NCBI RefSeq assembly: GCF_006345805.1
Contig: NW_021832539.1
Coordinates: 1-52,264, forward strand
DNA length: 52,264 nt
Direction: 5' to 3'
Source of the DNA: Octopus sinensis
Taxonomy: Eukaryota
Positions 36,373 through 48,619 of this stretch are shown here, in pieces. The translations under genes were made by a program, and so were the position numbers. The notes under the pieces were generated by a model. It ran no database searches. It saw only the letters and a program-made list of their open reading frames with translations, and was not told where the DNA came from. Numbering within the stretch: the stretch's first letter is position 1; the number at the start of each line of letters is the position of its first letter.

Positions 36373-37682
36373 TTATTTGCACTTATAGGATTTTTCTATA
36401 ATTGTGTTTACCAAGGGAAATTTGGAGAAAAGGATAAAGAAGAGTTCGGAATTACAAAGGCCACAGAATTTCCTGCCTTTATCAAAAGGAAAAGATACAG
36501 ATAATATGGACCAGTCCAGTTTGAAAGTTATATTGCTGTCCTTAAGACGCCAAACTAATTTACTTAGTCCTGTACTCTGTTGTTTTCTCTTATCTCGGAA
36601 AGTTGAATAATGATTGGAAATTCTCTGGGACAAACGAGAAGTTGTCGCGCCAATATAGAAGACACCGGTACTGGAAGAAATCCTACACTGGTAAATGGAG
36701 TTTTTAATTTTGGAATTACTGGATAAGAACTTTAATCTGTTAGGGTTTTCCTCCGAGATTAAAACGGAGTTTCTATTGTTCTGATTGCTGTTAACATTAC
36801 TGCTAGCGTTGATCACTACACTATTTCTATTATTGTTATTATTATTAGTTGTACTATCACCGGCAATATCCCTGACAATAGAAATGCTGTCGTTGTTACC
36901 ATCAACACTACCACTGTTATTAATTTGACTAATACTATTACTAATATTACCATTGTTAATACTAACGCTGTTACGAATGTTGTTATTATCAATACTACCT
37001 CTACCATTACTATTGTATGTTTGGTTGGAATTAGTGAGAATAGTGTTGTAACTCCCGGGTGAAGAATCTTTGTTTAGCAGCTTATTATTATGGGAGGCGA
37101 TAATTTGCGAAAGACTTTTAGTGTTAAAGAATGCAATCCTTACCCTATACGAATTGATAATCGAGTAATACCTAGAATCCCTGGGAAAGTTCTTAGCTAC
37201 GGCCTCACGGAACTGTAAAGGAAGGTTTGATTTGATTTGCTTCCCGAAAGGTATAACAAACCAGATATAGTTTTTTGTGGATTTAGAATTGGTCATATTG
37301 CTACCATTGACAGTAAAGGGAAAATTTCTATGTTGGAAATTTGGGGTTGGTTGTCTATTTCCTCCCCTGGTCCGTAAATTACTTTTCTTATTTACAGGGG
37401 TGCCGACATTGTTAGAGCTGGAATCATTATTCTCACTATTTCTATTGTTATTAGTTTTCTTATCCTGAGAAGCATTTATTGGTTTAGAATGGGCCGGGTC
37501 GGTGTATGATACGTTATCTCTATAACCGGCTTTTGATAAGGCGGCGTTGTAAAATTCCGCTTTCTGGTTAAAGATGTCGACATTGGCAGACAATTTCGAC
37601 AGTCTTAAAGAAATGTTTTTAACTAAATTATCGGTAATTGTTTTGGCATGGTTGCTGAAAATGCTGATATATTTAAGATTAG
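36373..37682 (-). CDS. PLE2 ORF, 5'-truncated: thumb, Asn/Ser-rich linker and GIY-YIG endonuclease
   Basis: YISIFSNH, YNAALSKAGY, YIWFVIPF, SIYQC..FYIG..R..NH, CGLC..E. ORF-track codons 37683-37764 come from the inverted repeat. Confidence 0.9.
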
Positions 37683-37880
37683 TTTTCCTCTTTTTCTCTG
37701 CATCTCCCCACCTCTCTCTCTCTCTCTCTCTCTCTATCATACCCACAATCGAACACACAGACACAAATCTGTCACCTCACTGCTAAATATTTTAAAGAAA
37801 CACTCATTATTACTGTGGACATCATGTGGGCAGTCATCTAAAAGTGCTTGCTCTTCATGGTGCTGACATAAGTTCCTTGT

Positions 37881-37963
37881 CTTTCCTGATGAGATGGCGG
37901 CATAATGCACCCTTTATTCCTTCGGAATTAGGAATATGCAGCCTTCGAAACATGTGTCGAGAG
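37881..37963 (+). ncRNA. Type-I hammerhead ribozyme (inverted copy, PLE2)
   Basis: CUUUC-CUGAUGA-GAUGGC..branched insert..GCCUUC-GAAA-C AUGU G-UC|GAGAG; predicted cut after 37958. Confidence 0.88.
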
Positions 37964-38146
37964 TAAAGGAATTTTGTTAAAATCGTCGTTCGACTCCATT
38001 CTTTCATTTATTCATAGTTAAAAAAAAACACACGAGAACACGGGATCCCTGCCCTTGGCATATAGCTTCAACCGTGTTTTCTGACGTGAATTTGCTACCC
38101 AGGTATCGGTTAACCGAATTATCCATACTAGGATAATTCATTCACC

Positions 38147-38250
<104 letters not shown>

Positions 38251-38699
38251 GTAGATGTGTGTATCAATAAAGATATAGAGAAAATCCCGTTTTTAATCGT
38301 TGAATTCACCTTACAGAAGCTGATGATCGTTTCTGTTGTGTCAACATGTTTAGCTACAAAATATATAATTCAAATCAATTTGTCCAAAAATACATGTTAA
38401 TACAATGTTTTCAATTCGAGCCAAAGCTAGTTCAATTCAAAGTGAATTAAGAAAATATCTCCAGTACAAGAACACGTACAAAAAGAACGTTAAGAAGAAT
38501 TATAATCTAAGAAATTTTTGTGTTCAACTATTTGTGACATCATTGGATAACAGAATAGTAAAAAAATAAACATATGAACTCTACGTTATGACAGTTAGAA
38601 ACAAATGTTTTATGTTATATCTATTTATTAAATATACTAAACATTTATCAAAACATTATGCTTATGATATATGAAAAGCAATTATAATTAAGAACTACC

Positions 38700-41290
38700 A
38701 GTGAACTAAAGTAACACCCCTTATTTTTCGAGCCCCATCTGGAGTATTCGAGCAGTTCCTTGCAGTGATGTTTTCTGCAAGTGCTCCACCCTCATTGCAG
38801 CCCCTATTTGTTCCATGTACTTCTCAAGATTTTTATTCACTCTTCTCAGGGCTCCGAAAATTTTTCAGCGACTACAACTTCTTAACCTCCCAAGCTAGCC
38901 TAGCATATCTATCGACTTTTTCTTCCTTATCGCATATCTTGTTATCAGCTGGGCATGCTATATCTACGATCCAACATAGTTTGTTGTCTTCCTCAATTAA
39001 GACTATGCCTGGCTTCCTATTCTCTATCTCATGGTCGCACTGAATCATAAAATCTCACAGGATCTTTGCATTATCATTTTCGATGATGCTTTCGGGTTTG
39101 TGCTCATACCAATTTTTTGCCCTGTCAAGTTCATACTTGTTGCAAAGTGTCTAATGGACAATCCTTGCTATATTGTCATGACGTCTCTTATATTCCTTCT
39201 GGGCTAGTGGCGTACATTGACTGGTAATATGCCATACGGTTTTACAATTTTGTCCACAAATTCTGCACTTACCACTTTTTATATGTTGCCTATTCTGTAT
39301 TTGATGTAATTGGTTCTAAATACTTGATCTTGGGCAGCACAGGTTAGAGCCTCTGTTTCCGGTTTTAAATTACTTGTAGTCATCCATAGCCACCTTTTTT
39401 CTGTCTGTCTTATCTTTAACATCCCTATGAAATTATCCATGCATTCTTTTCTTTATCCTCCAATTTTCAGTTTCATTCATTCTCAAGTGCTAGTACAGTG
39501 CTTTATCATTGCAATCTTTCATCCTACTCAAGCCTGACCTTCTTCTAATTATCGCGGTTCTGTGGCATTTTTTACATACCATGTTATGTTGTTTTCTTCT
39601 GCTCCAATGCTATGTTCACATCCAATCAGTCCTCTTCCCCCACTTTTTTTTGTACATACAGTCTGTGTCACTTTTTGGGTGGAGTGTCCCATATCTAGTT
39701 AGCAACTTCCTTGTCTTTCTGCCTAAGGTGTTTAGTTTGTCTACTGTCCATGCAATTACCCCTACTCCATATCTAAGGAGTGAAACCGCCCATGTGTTGA
39801 TAGCTTCAATCTTATTCCGTCCGTTTAATTTAGACTTAAGGATCAGTCTCAGTCTGCGCAAGTACTCCACCTTAAATTTTTCTGTCATTTCATTCTCAGT
39901 CAGTTTATCCATTTCCAATCCTGAACTTCGTCTCTTTTATCTGATTCCCAACATCCCCCGACGGTATAGATAGCCCGTCCATACATTTGATTTTGTCTCT
40001 CTTCAAGACTAACGCACCACATTTTTTCATTCTGAACTCCATTCTGATATCAGCACTGAAAGCATCAACGAGAACTGATTTAGGATTCCTCTTTACCATA
40101 AAGTTTGAGGTCATCCATGAATAACAAATGGTTGAATTTTTGTTGGCGGCTTTTGAATACATACCTAGCCTTTGGTTTCCTAAGTATCAGTGTTAGTGGC
40201 ATCATGCACATTACAAAGATCAGTGAGGACAGGAAGTCCCCTTAGAAGATGCCTCTCCTGGTTTCTATTGTCCATAAACTTCTTCCATATGCTGCCAGGT
40301 CTGTCCCCCACTTCGCCATACTTTTTCCAAGCAATCGCTCAACATTCAATGCAATACCAAATAGGTTCATACACTCCATGATCCAAGAATGTGGGATCAT
40401 ATTGTATGCCTTACGATAGTTGATTCATGACATGGCTAAGTTAGTTTTCCTTTTCTTGTAGTCTCTAAGTACAGTTTTGTTCACCAGAAGTTGATCCTTA
40501 GTACATCTGTACATACACTTGCAACCCTTTTTCTCATGTAGCAGGACTCCATTTTTTCAAGGTGTCTGTATATTGCCTCTCCGACTATTCCAGCCAATAA
40601 TTATCACATAAGTGGCAAACAGGATATCAGCCTGTAATTGTCCACCGTATTGTCTTTTCCGATATTTTTCAAGCACAACACTATCCTACCCATTGTCAAC
40701 CATTCTGGTGTTACTTGGTTGGCATTTAACAAGGTGTTGAGCTGTGCAGCTATTCGTGTATGACATTCACCAAATCTTTTGATCCAGTAGCCTTGAACTC
40801 CATCTGGTCCTGGGGCCTTCCAGTTGCTAATTTTTTGCTGATTTCCTTCACTTTCCTAATTGAAATGACTAGTTCTGCCTGTTTTGGACAGACTACTGTT
40901 TATTTCAGTTCTTGCAGCAATCCAGCACTCTTGTGCTCCTTGTCTTTGCTCCAGATGTCACACTAAAACCTTTGCCTTTCATTGTTATCTGGTATCAACT
41001 TTTTCTGCGTACACTCTCCATTTATTTCTTTATAGAATCTCTTCTGATCTACTCTGAATAATCTATTCTGATGATATCCCTTCCTTCCTTGGTCGTATCT
41101 TACCATCTTTGCTTTCATTGCAACGAGGCGCTGTTTCAGTTCCTCCATTACCACTTTCAAGCCCTTTCTTTCAATATTATACTTGCTGTTCAGAGCCCTG
41201 TATTTTTGTTCGCTTCCAAGCTCCCCCTTCTCTTTTCGGTCTAACACAGAAATGACTTTAAATGCCTGATTCACCCAAATCCTAATCTAT
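38700..41290 (-). mobile_element. Degraded R4/Dong-like non-LTR retrotransposon (RT, thumb, CCHC, RLE)
   Basis: EYLRRLRLILKSKLNGRNKIEAINTWAV, CRIC..H..C, ILWDF..CDH..RKP.IV motifs. Confidence 0.88.
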
Positions 41291-41334
41291 ATATATGAAC
41301 GTGAGTGTATCTTTGTATGTATATATAATATAAT

Positions 41335-42200
41335 ATAAGGGTAAATAATTATTAATTTTAAAATCAACAATTATTACCGAGTAGTTTTCGGGATGGAAAT
41401 ATAACCATTATCGGTAGGAACTTTTACAAAAGTTCTTTATATATATATATATATATAAATAGGGTAAGCAACAGGTTGCTTAGCCACACACCGAAAATTT
41501 AGAAATAGCAGTCAAAAACTGCTTATTTCTATTTTCTACCAATATAACTCCACATATAACATATACATGTAACTTACATATGTAAAAAGAAGGGAAAATA
41601 ATGAAAACAAAGTCTTTGGTCAGTTACAGACGTGTTTCTGGGTTAGAATTATAGATAACTCATTCCCGTCTTCAGCGCAACATTCCGTTAGATTATTGAT
41701 TTGCAAATACTATTTACCTACCTCTTGCATCCCGATCTCGTGTCATCGGAGATAGCAGAAGATAGTCAGCACAAGCCAAATCCATATAGACGAATGAATT
41801 CGTATTTTCCCTCCAAAATTACCATGTGTGTTACAAAAATAGTTCCTCAGAAAGAGAACCGTGATTTGTCATAAGGGAGTGAAAAATTCTATTATTAATA
41901 ATATAAGGGTAAATAATTATTAATTTTAAAATCAACAATTATTACCGAGTAGTTTTCGGTATTGACTGCTATTTCTAAATTTTCGGTATGTGACTAAGCA
42001 ACCTGTTGCTTACCCTATATATATATATATATACTCTTTACTCTTTTACTCTTTTACTTGTTTCAGTCATTTGACTGCGGCCATGCTGGAGCACCGCCTT
42101 TAGTCGAGCAAGTATATATATATATATATAAAGAACTTTTTGTAAAAGTTCCTACCGATAATGGTTATATTTCCATACCGAAAACTACTCGGTAATAACA
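41335..42200. mobile_element. Rearranged non-coding PLE-end remnant with direct and inverted copies
   Basis: 41335-41389 repeated at 41901-41959; about 41380-41513 inverted at 41960-42190, split by a SINE piece inside (TA)n. Confidence 0.65.
41623..41681 (-). ncRNA. Minimal type-I hammerhead ribozyme variant
   Basis: GUUGCG-CUGAAGA-C GGG..CCC A-GAAA-C AC G-UC|UGUAAC. Confidence 0.6.
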
Positions 42201-42268
42201 TAGGAAAAGGAAAGATCCAAGGAAGGGAAGACGAAGAAAAAAAAATCGCCAACAATACACACGCGGTC

Positions 42269-42299
<31 letters not shown>

Positions 42300-42899
42300 C
42301 TTAATAAAATAGGAGATGGAATGTGTATTTGACTTTATTAATTTACTATTACCCCCAACTGCCTTTGAGCTAATAACATTCCTCACTACACAATACTAAC
42401 AAAACTGATAATCTATTAACCTATCCAATCAACAGCCGCAAACAAAATAATCTACAGTCGCACTCACTCTTCAATACTAAAAAATTGCTGACCTGTTAAA
42501 CTCTCACAACTCTTCAGTCATCCTGCTCATCATCTCCATCGTTTGACGTTCTCCTTCCATGCTGGCATAGGTTGGACAGCTTGACAGCAGCTGACCAGAC
42601 AAGCATGCACTGTACTTTTGTGTGTGTTTTTGTCATGGTTTTCAGAGCTGGATGCTCTTTCTTATACCTACCACCTTGCAGAGAAGGCTGGGTGCTTTTT
42701 ATGTGACAGCAGCACAAGCGAGACCAGTTTTGGCATGGTTTTTACAGCTGGAAGCCCTTCCAAATACCAATCCTTTTACAGTGAGGATAAGATGCCTTTT
42801 GAGTGGTGCCAGTAGGGTCATCGTGTATCTTTGCAAGTTAGGGCGTGACAGTGAGACAGAGAGACAGAAACAGGTATCTTGCTGTAAAGGAGCCACATG

Positions 42900-43230
42900 A
42901 TTACCCACCCAGAAAGAGAGAGAGAGAGTAAAAGAGAGAAAGAGAATGAAAGAGAGAGGGGAGAGGTGGGAAAGAGGGTTATCAAGAAAGAAAATAGTAA
43001 TCGGTGAGCTGCTGTAATGGAGATAGATGGTTACTTATAGTCGGAGCGGAGAAGATACATGGTTACCCAGAGGGAGAGAGGGAGGTGGAGAGTATTAACA
43101 GGAAAGAGGATAGAAACGTGCGCTGCTGTAAAGGAGATAAATGGTTACCTAACAAGAGGTAACAGCAAGAGAAGGTGGGAGAGAGCGTGATCAAGAATTA
43201 GGGGAAAAACGGATGTGCTGCTGTAGAGAA
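42900..43230 (+). repeat. Purine-rich tandem repeat (~105-bp unit, about 3 copies)
   Basis: GCTGCTGTAA.GGAG..ATGGTTAC motif recurs. Confidence 0.6.
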
Positions 43231-43529
43231 GATGCGGCTGTCTTCATTCATACGTATCACATGTCCACTGAGTAACAGAAACTATCTACTACCTCAAGAG
43301 AACCTCCTGAGCATTTGAGAGAGCGTCTAAGTGTGCTCTTAGTGCTTATTGTTCTTGTATATCTACCACAAATGAAGATGACCTTATCTGTTAATCTACC
43401 TGTGATTCCACTGCATTACTTATGTATCCCAAGCTTCCACTTGATGCACCGAATGGAATTACTTTCACTCCACATATTCATCAGGGTCATTATTTGACAG
43501 AAATATAGTCTTATCTTCTCTTTTCCTAA

Positions 43530-44920
43530 CAACAATTCTGGTCATATCTAGGTTAATGTTATGGTCCTTTGATTCCATACCTGGAATTTCTTCTCCAATT
43601 CTGCAACAGATTCTGCAATAATAGTGAGACAATCAGTGTATAGCAGTTCCCATGAGCATCCAGTTTTGAATTAATCATCAGGGTCTGAAGGACTATGATG
43701 AATAGGAGAGGACTAGAGAGTGAGCTCTGGTGAAACCCTATCTGTACTCTAAATTCATCATTGTATTCATTGCTGACTCTCACCTTACTGACAGCACCCC
43801 TGGACATGGCTTGTATGGCTCTTAGCTTCCTTAGAGACCACCAGATAACAGAGCAGAAGACGTTCTCGAAAGCTTTCTTCAGGACGACGAAAGCTAAGTA
43901 TAATGGCTTACTTTTAGCCAAATACTTTTTCTGCATTTGTCTCACTAGAAAGATGGCATCTGTGGTACTCCTCCAAAGTACAAAACGAAACTGCATCTCA
44001 TCTAGTTTAATTCTATTTCTAATCACTTCAGCTATAACTCTCATTATAATTTTCAGAAAATGGTCCAGCAGTCTGATACCTTTGTAGTTGTTTCTAGCTA
44101 ATGTATCACCTTTATTCTTGTAGCAGCTATCTATAATATTACTATACCAATCATAGGGATGATGCTTTCCTGAATAAACTGATTGACTATGTGAGTGATT
44201 TGGGTGTATCGCACACCACCGGATATTTTAATCTTCTTGGAAGTGATACTCGATGGTCCAGGGGCTTCCCAGGCCTTCATATCCTTAATTTCCCTATCAC
44301 ACTGATATCATCTTTGATGTCTGGTCCTTCAATTGGTTCAGTATTTGAAAGACTCTCCTTCTGTCATTCTTTTTCCACATTTAGTTACCTTTCACAGTGG
44401 CACTTCCATGCATCTTCTCTGACTCACTAAGTGCAGGCATACCATTATCTATTCGCACACATTTCTCACCCACCACATCTTTGCACTGCTTTGCAATCCT
44501 GAACACTTCACGCCTCTGATCCTCACAATGTAGAACATTTGCAAATCGTTCACCTTCTCTTATTCCTTTTGTTATGTAAATCGGATGCCTAGCTGCCCTT
44601 CTGGCTATCTTATATAATTCTCTACTTCCAGCATTTTTCTAGTTTTTCCAGGTCTGTTGTCTTGCTTTTATAGCACTGTCCAACTCCTTGTTCCACCACC
44701 ATGTCACCCACGGCCTAGCTGGGATTTTGCACCAGCCGCAAATTTGGTCTGTGTCCCCCAGTAGATTGTCCCATAGGAATTCCAATTATCATCTAAGGTA
44801 TATTTTCCTACCTCCTCTTTCACTTTAACATCAGAGACTTCCATTAACAAGTCTCTAAATTTCTGTTTCCTTGTTGGGTCCATAACCTTTTCTAATAGGT
44901 TTTATCACTCCGATTCATTC
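43530..44920 (-). mobile_element. Degraded RTE-type LINE RT fragment
   Basis: MQFRF..RSTTDAIF, LYLAF..LKKAF and GFHQSSLSSPLLF motifs. Confidence 0.85.
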
Positions 44921-45869
44921 TAACACTAATTCTGAAGTCATTAACTAGACTGTGTGTACACTCTTCACCTAGAAAAAAATTCTAATTTGTGAGGAGCTGC
45001 CTATCTTATTGACCCGCGAGGAGGTAATTGACCTTATTTATGTTTTTATCAGATTGATAAGTGTTTAGGTGGATATTTGGTTTTCTGAAGGTAGCAACTC
45101 AGAACTCTAGCAGCCTTGTTCTCTCCTGAGGGGTCGAAGAGGGAGCCGATAAACTCGCTGAAATTCCAGCATGACTCAAATTTATTTATAGAAATCAAGA
45201 TTTTTGAGAGAAGCATTGACACGCTGGACATAGCATAAGTAAGATATGGGAATTTATGGACACCATCTCAAAGTTTTAACAAGACTATAGTAATATATGG
45301 ATAAAACATCATATCGCATCTACAGTAAGGGAATATACAGTAGTGGAACATACAGTAGTGGAACATCATATTGTAATTTTAAAATCTATAAGCATCACAA
45401 TGTTTTAGCAAACGTAGACAATTTCATAGTTTGAAATAACAGGCTTACACATTTTTGGGGGAGACGTACAATAGTCATCCTATCGTATGAATGTTTATAG
45501 CAGCATTGAAGACCGAGTGGGAGAGGAGAAATGAGAGATAGCATGGTCAAAGAGGAAGCAGGTAAACTCGCCAAAATTCTAGCATACAGCAAGTTTATAG
45601 AAATCTAGATTTTTTAGAGGAGCATCGACATGTTTGACACAGCATAGGTAAGATGTTTCTACAAACATAGACAATTTAATAGTTTGAAAGGAGCATCGAC
45701 ACATAGGTAGTATTGGTGAACTGGCAGAATCCTTAGCGAGTCTGGCGAAATGCTTAGTAATATTTCGTCTGCCATGTTCTGAGTTCAAATTTCTTATCAT
45801 TCCTCTGGCAGTTGCAATGACAGGACAGTTCTCGTTTATGATACCACATCTTTTGTATTTCAATTACCG

Positions 45870-47160
45870 GGTACTTATATTTACTTAATTTCTCAAATAC
45901 TTTTACAGATATATTTTTATCAGTGGGATTACTTAGATCTATTAGTCTACAAGTATTTTCTTCTTTTTCTTTAATGACTATGTCTGGTCGATTAACGTGG
46001 ATCGCTCTGTCCGTGTTGACTGAAAAATTGAAGAGGATAGTAACATTTTTTTACCTTCAATGACTGGCTCAGGATGATGTTCATATCAGTAAGCAAAAGA
46101 ACTGATTTTGTAGTGTTTTTATATTTACCAATGTAAATACTGTCCTACCCTATCGTGATAAATTTTGTTTTCGTTTGGTGTCAGCACAAGGCAACCCGAG
46201 ACGAGATGGTCTATTGTTTCATCAAATCTATCACACAATCTGCATTCATGGTCAGAACCATTTTGAAGAACGTTGGCCTGGTAGTTTTGTACGTGCAAGC
46301 TTTGGTCTTGTGCTGCCAGTCTGAAACCTTCAGTCTCTGCTTTCAGTCCTGTTTCCCAGCTACTGATGGCTGATGATTGGTCTACATCTGTGTTTTGACT
46401 TCGAAGTATATAGTATACATGCAGAGGCTTCTGGTTGCACTGTTCCTCAATTTGTTTCTGCCCGTTCCATTTTGCAGTCTGCTTGATTTGTTTTGCTTGT
46501 TTTGTGGCAATGGTTTCAGATCCTTCATCTATTTCAGGGTTAATACCAAGTTCCTTTGCAAATTTCCAAACTTCTTTGACAATCGAATGTGAAGTTTTGC
46601 TCCTTTCGTGTTTGCACAGAAGCATAATCGTCCAGCCTCTGTACTAGATAAGTACCTGTTCATTGCCATTTTGGAAGTTTTATAGCACCGTTCTACCTGC
46701 ATCATTCCTCTTCTCCTATTATATCTAGGTAGGTACTGCTTTTGGTTGGTGTATGTTCTTAGACGTTAGTAGCTAATTTGTCTTCCAGTCCAGGTGTTGA
46801 AGCCTTGTAAGATACCAGTTAATGATGCTAAAACTATATTAGACTGCTGGAAGTGCCACTATCTTAAAGGCTTTAATGCAATTTTTCAAGCTGAATTCAG
46901 TTTTTAGTATGAGTCATATTCTCCTGTAATACTCCTTTCTTATACTTTTCCGTCATAGTAGCATGTTCTATACCATCTCCTTTGTTTATCCTCAGGTATT
47001 TGTAATTTCCTTGTGAGTCAATCTCTTTGATGATAGCATTGGTAACTAATTTCATGGAAGCTGTTTGTCTGATCTTGCCACTTGTAAAAGTTGCTGTAGT
47101 GCACTTACCAAGACCAAAATTCTTTTATCATTATTGAGTGAGAGAGCAGTGCATGACATC
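45870..47160 (-). mobile_element. R4/Dong-like LINE fragment
   Basis: LKAETEGF..AAQDQ, CRLC..ETIDHLVSGC and HDRVGQYLHW motifs. Confidence 0.85.
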
Positions 47161-47681
47161 AGAATGTCACTGGGATAAAATATACAAAGCCTAGTATACC
47201 CATCATGACTACCCGCCTGATAAGGGTACACCAGATACATGCATCACAACCATATGTGTTCGTGATATAGTGAACTCATATCATGATAAATAGTGCATGA
47301 GCTCACTAGTGGGGCCCAGTTAGAATTTTCTTCATATTGAGTAGCTCATTCCACTCAAAGTCATTGAATAAGGAATATTGAAGGATGTTGAACAAAACAC
47401 CAATGTCTCCAGAGGTGAATTATCCAAACCCCAAAGAATTCTTCTCAATACATGGCTATGATGCTCCCCCACTACTTCTGCTCATGATCAGAGATGCACA
47501 TATCATCAGCTACCAAGGGACATGCTCAACTGGTTAAGGTCAAGCAACTGACAAGCAAATTGAGAAGAATATTTGCTGTAGCCCATCTTTTATATCAAGA
47601 CAATACAATGTACATGATTACACTTCCAATCAGTTAAGATCCGAAGCCACCTGAGCCACTGCCTGGTACTGCATCAGGGCA

Positions 47682-47744
<63 letters not shown>

Positions 47745-47749
<5 letters not shown>

Positions 47750-48340
47750 TGCCTTTGCACAGCTTCTAATGCTGGAGATGTACTACACTGTCAGTTGTTC
47801 ACTACCAATGAACTAAGGTAACACCTCTTAGTTTTTGAGCACCTTCCGGAGTATTCGACTGGTTCCAAGCAGTGCTGTTTTCTGCAAGTGCTCTACCCTT
47901 ATTGCAGCCCCTATTTCTTCTATGTACTTCTCAAGATTTTTCCTCACTGTTCCCAGAGAGCTCCAACAATTATTGGTACTACTGCTACCTTTTATCACCG
48001 ACCACAACTGCTTAGCTTCCCAAGCTAACCTATCATATCTCTTGACTTTTCTTTCTTACTTATCGCATAACTTGTCAGCTGGGCATGCTATGTCTATGAT
48101 TCAGCATTGATTGTCTTCTTTCTTAATTAAGACCATGTCCAGCTTCCTATTCTCAATCTCATGATCGCACTGAATCATAAAATCCCATAAGATCTTTGCC
48201 TTTCTATTTTCGATAATTCCTTCAGGTTTGTGGTCGTACTAAGTTTTTGCTCTGTCAAGTCCATACATGTTGCAAAGTGTGCAAAGTGTCAAATGGACAA
48301 GCCTGGCTATATTGTTGTGGCATCTCTTATAAAAATCTTA
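47745..48340 (-). mobile_element. R4/Dong-like 3' end adjoining (AAT)n
   Basis: RLE motifs and a 3' UTR shared with the copies near 38700 and 51000. Confidence 0.8.
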
Positions 48341-48384
48341 AGAGACGGAATATAAGATTATTATTATTATTATTATTATTATTA

Positions 48385-48423
<39 letters not shown>

Positions 48424-48619
48424 GTTCGACTTTTGCTTTGTATTTGTACAAGTTGGTTCCAAGTCTCATCCAGAGACCTCAAAAGAAAACAAGTTAGAAG
48501 TTCATGCTGGTGTTATGAATAGGGTGTCATATATTTGGTTTTGCACATAGTATTGTTCTAGAGAATGTTTAAGAAAACAAAAAAAATATAAGTTTGTTTT
48601 AACATCTGAGATTACATAG

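Noticed and set aside
38320-38340. CTGATGA hammerhead seed (also near 15754)
   Set aside because: No stem II, GAAA or cleavage site downstream.
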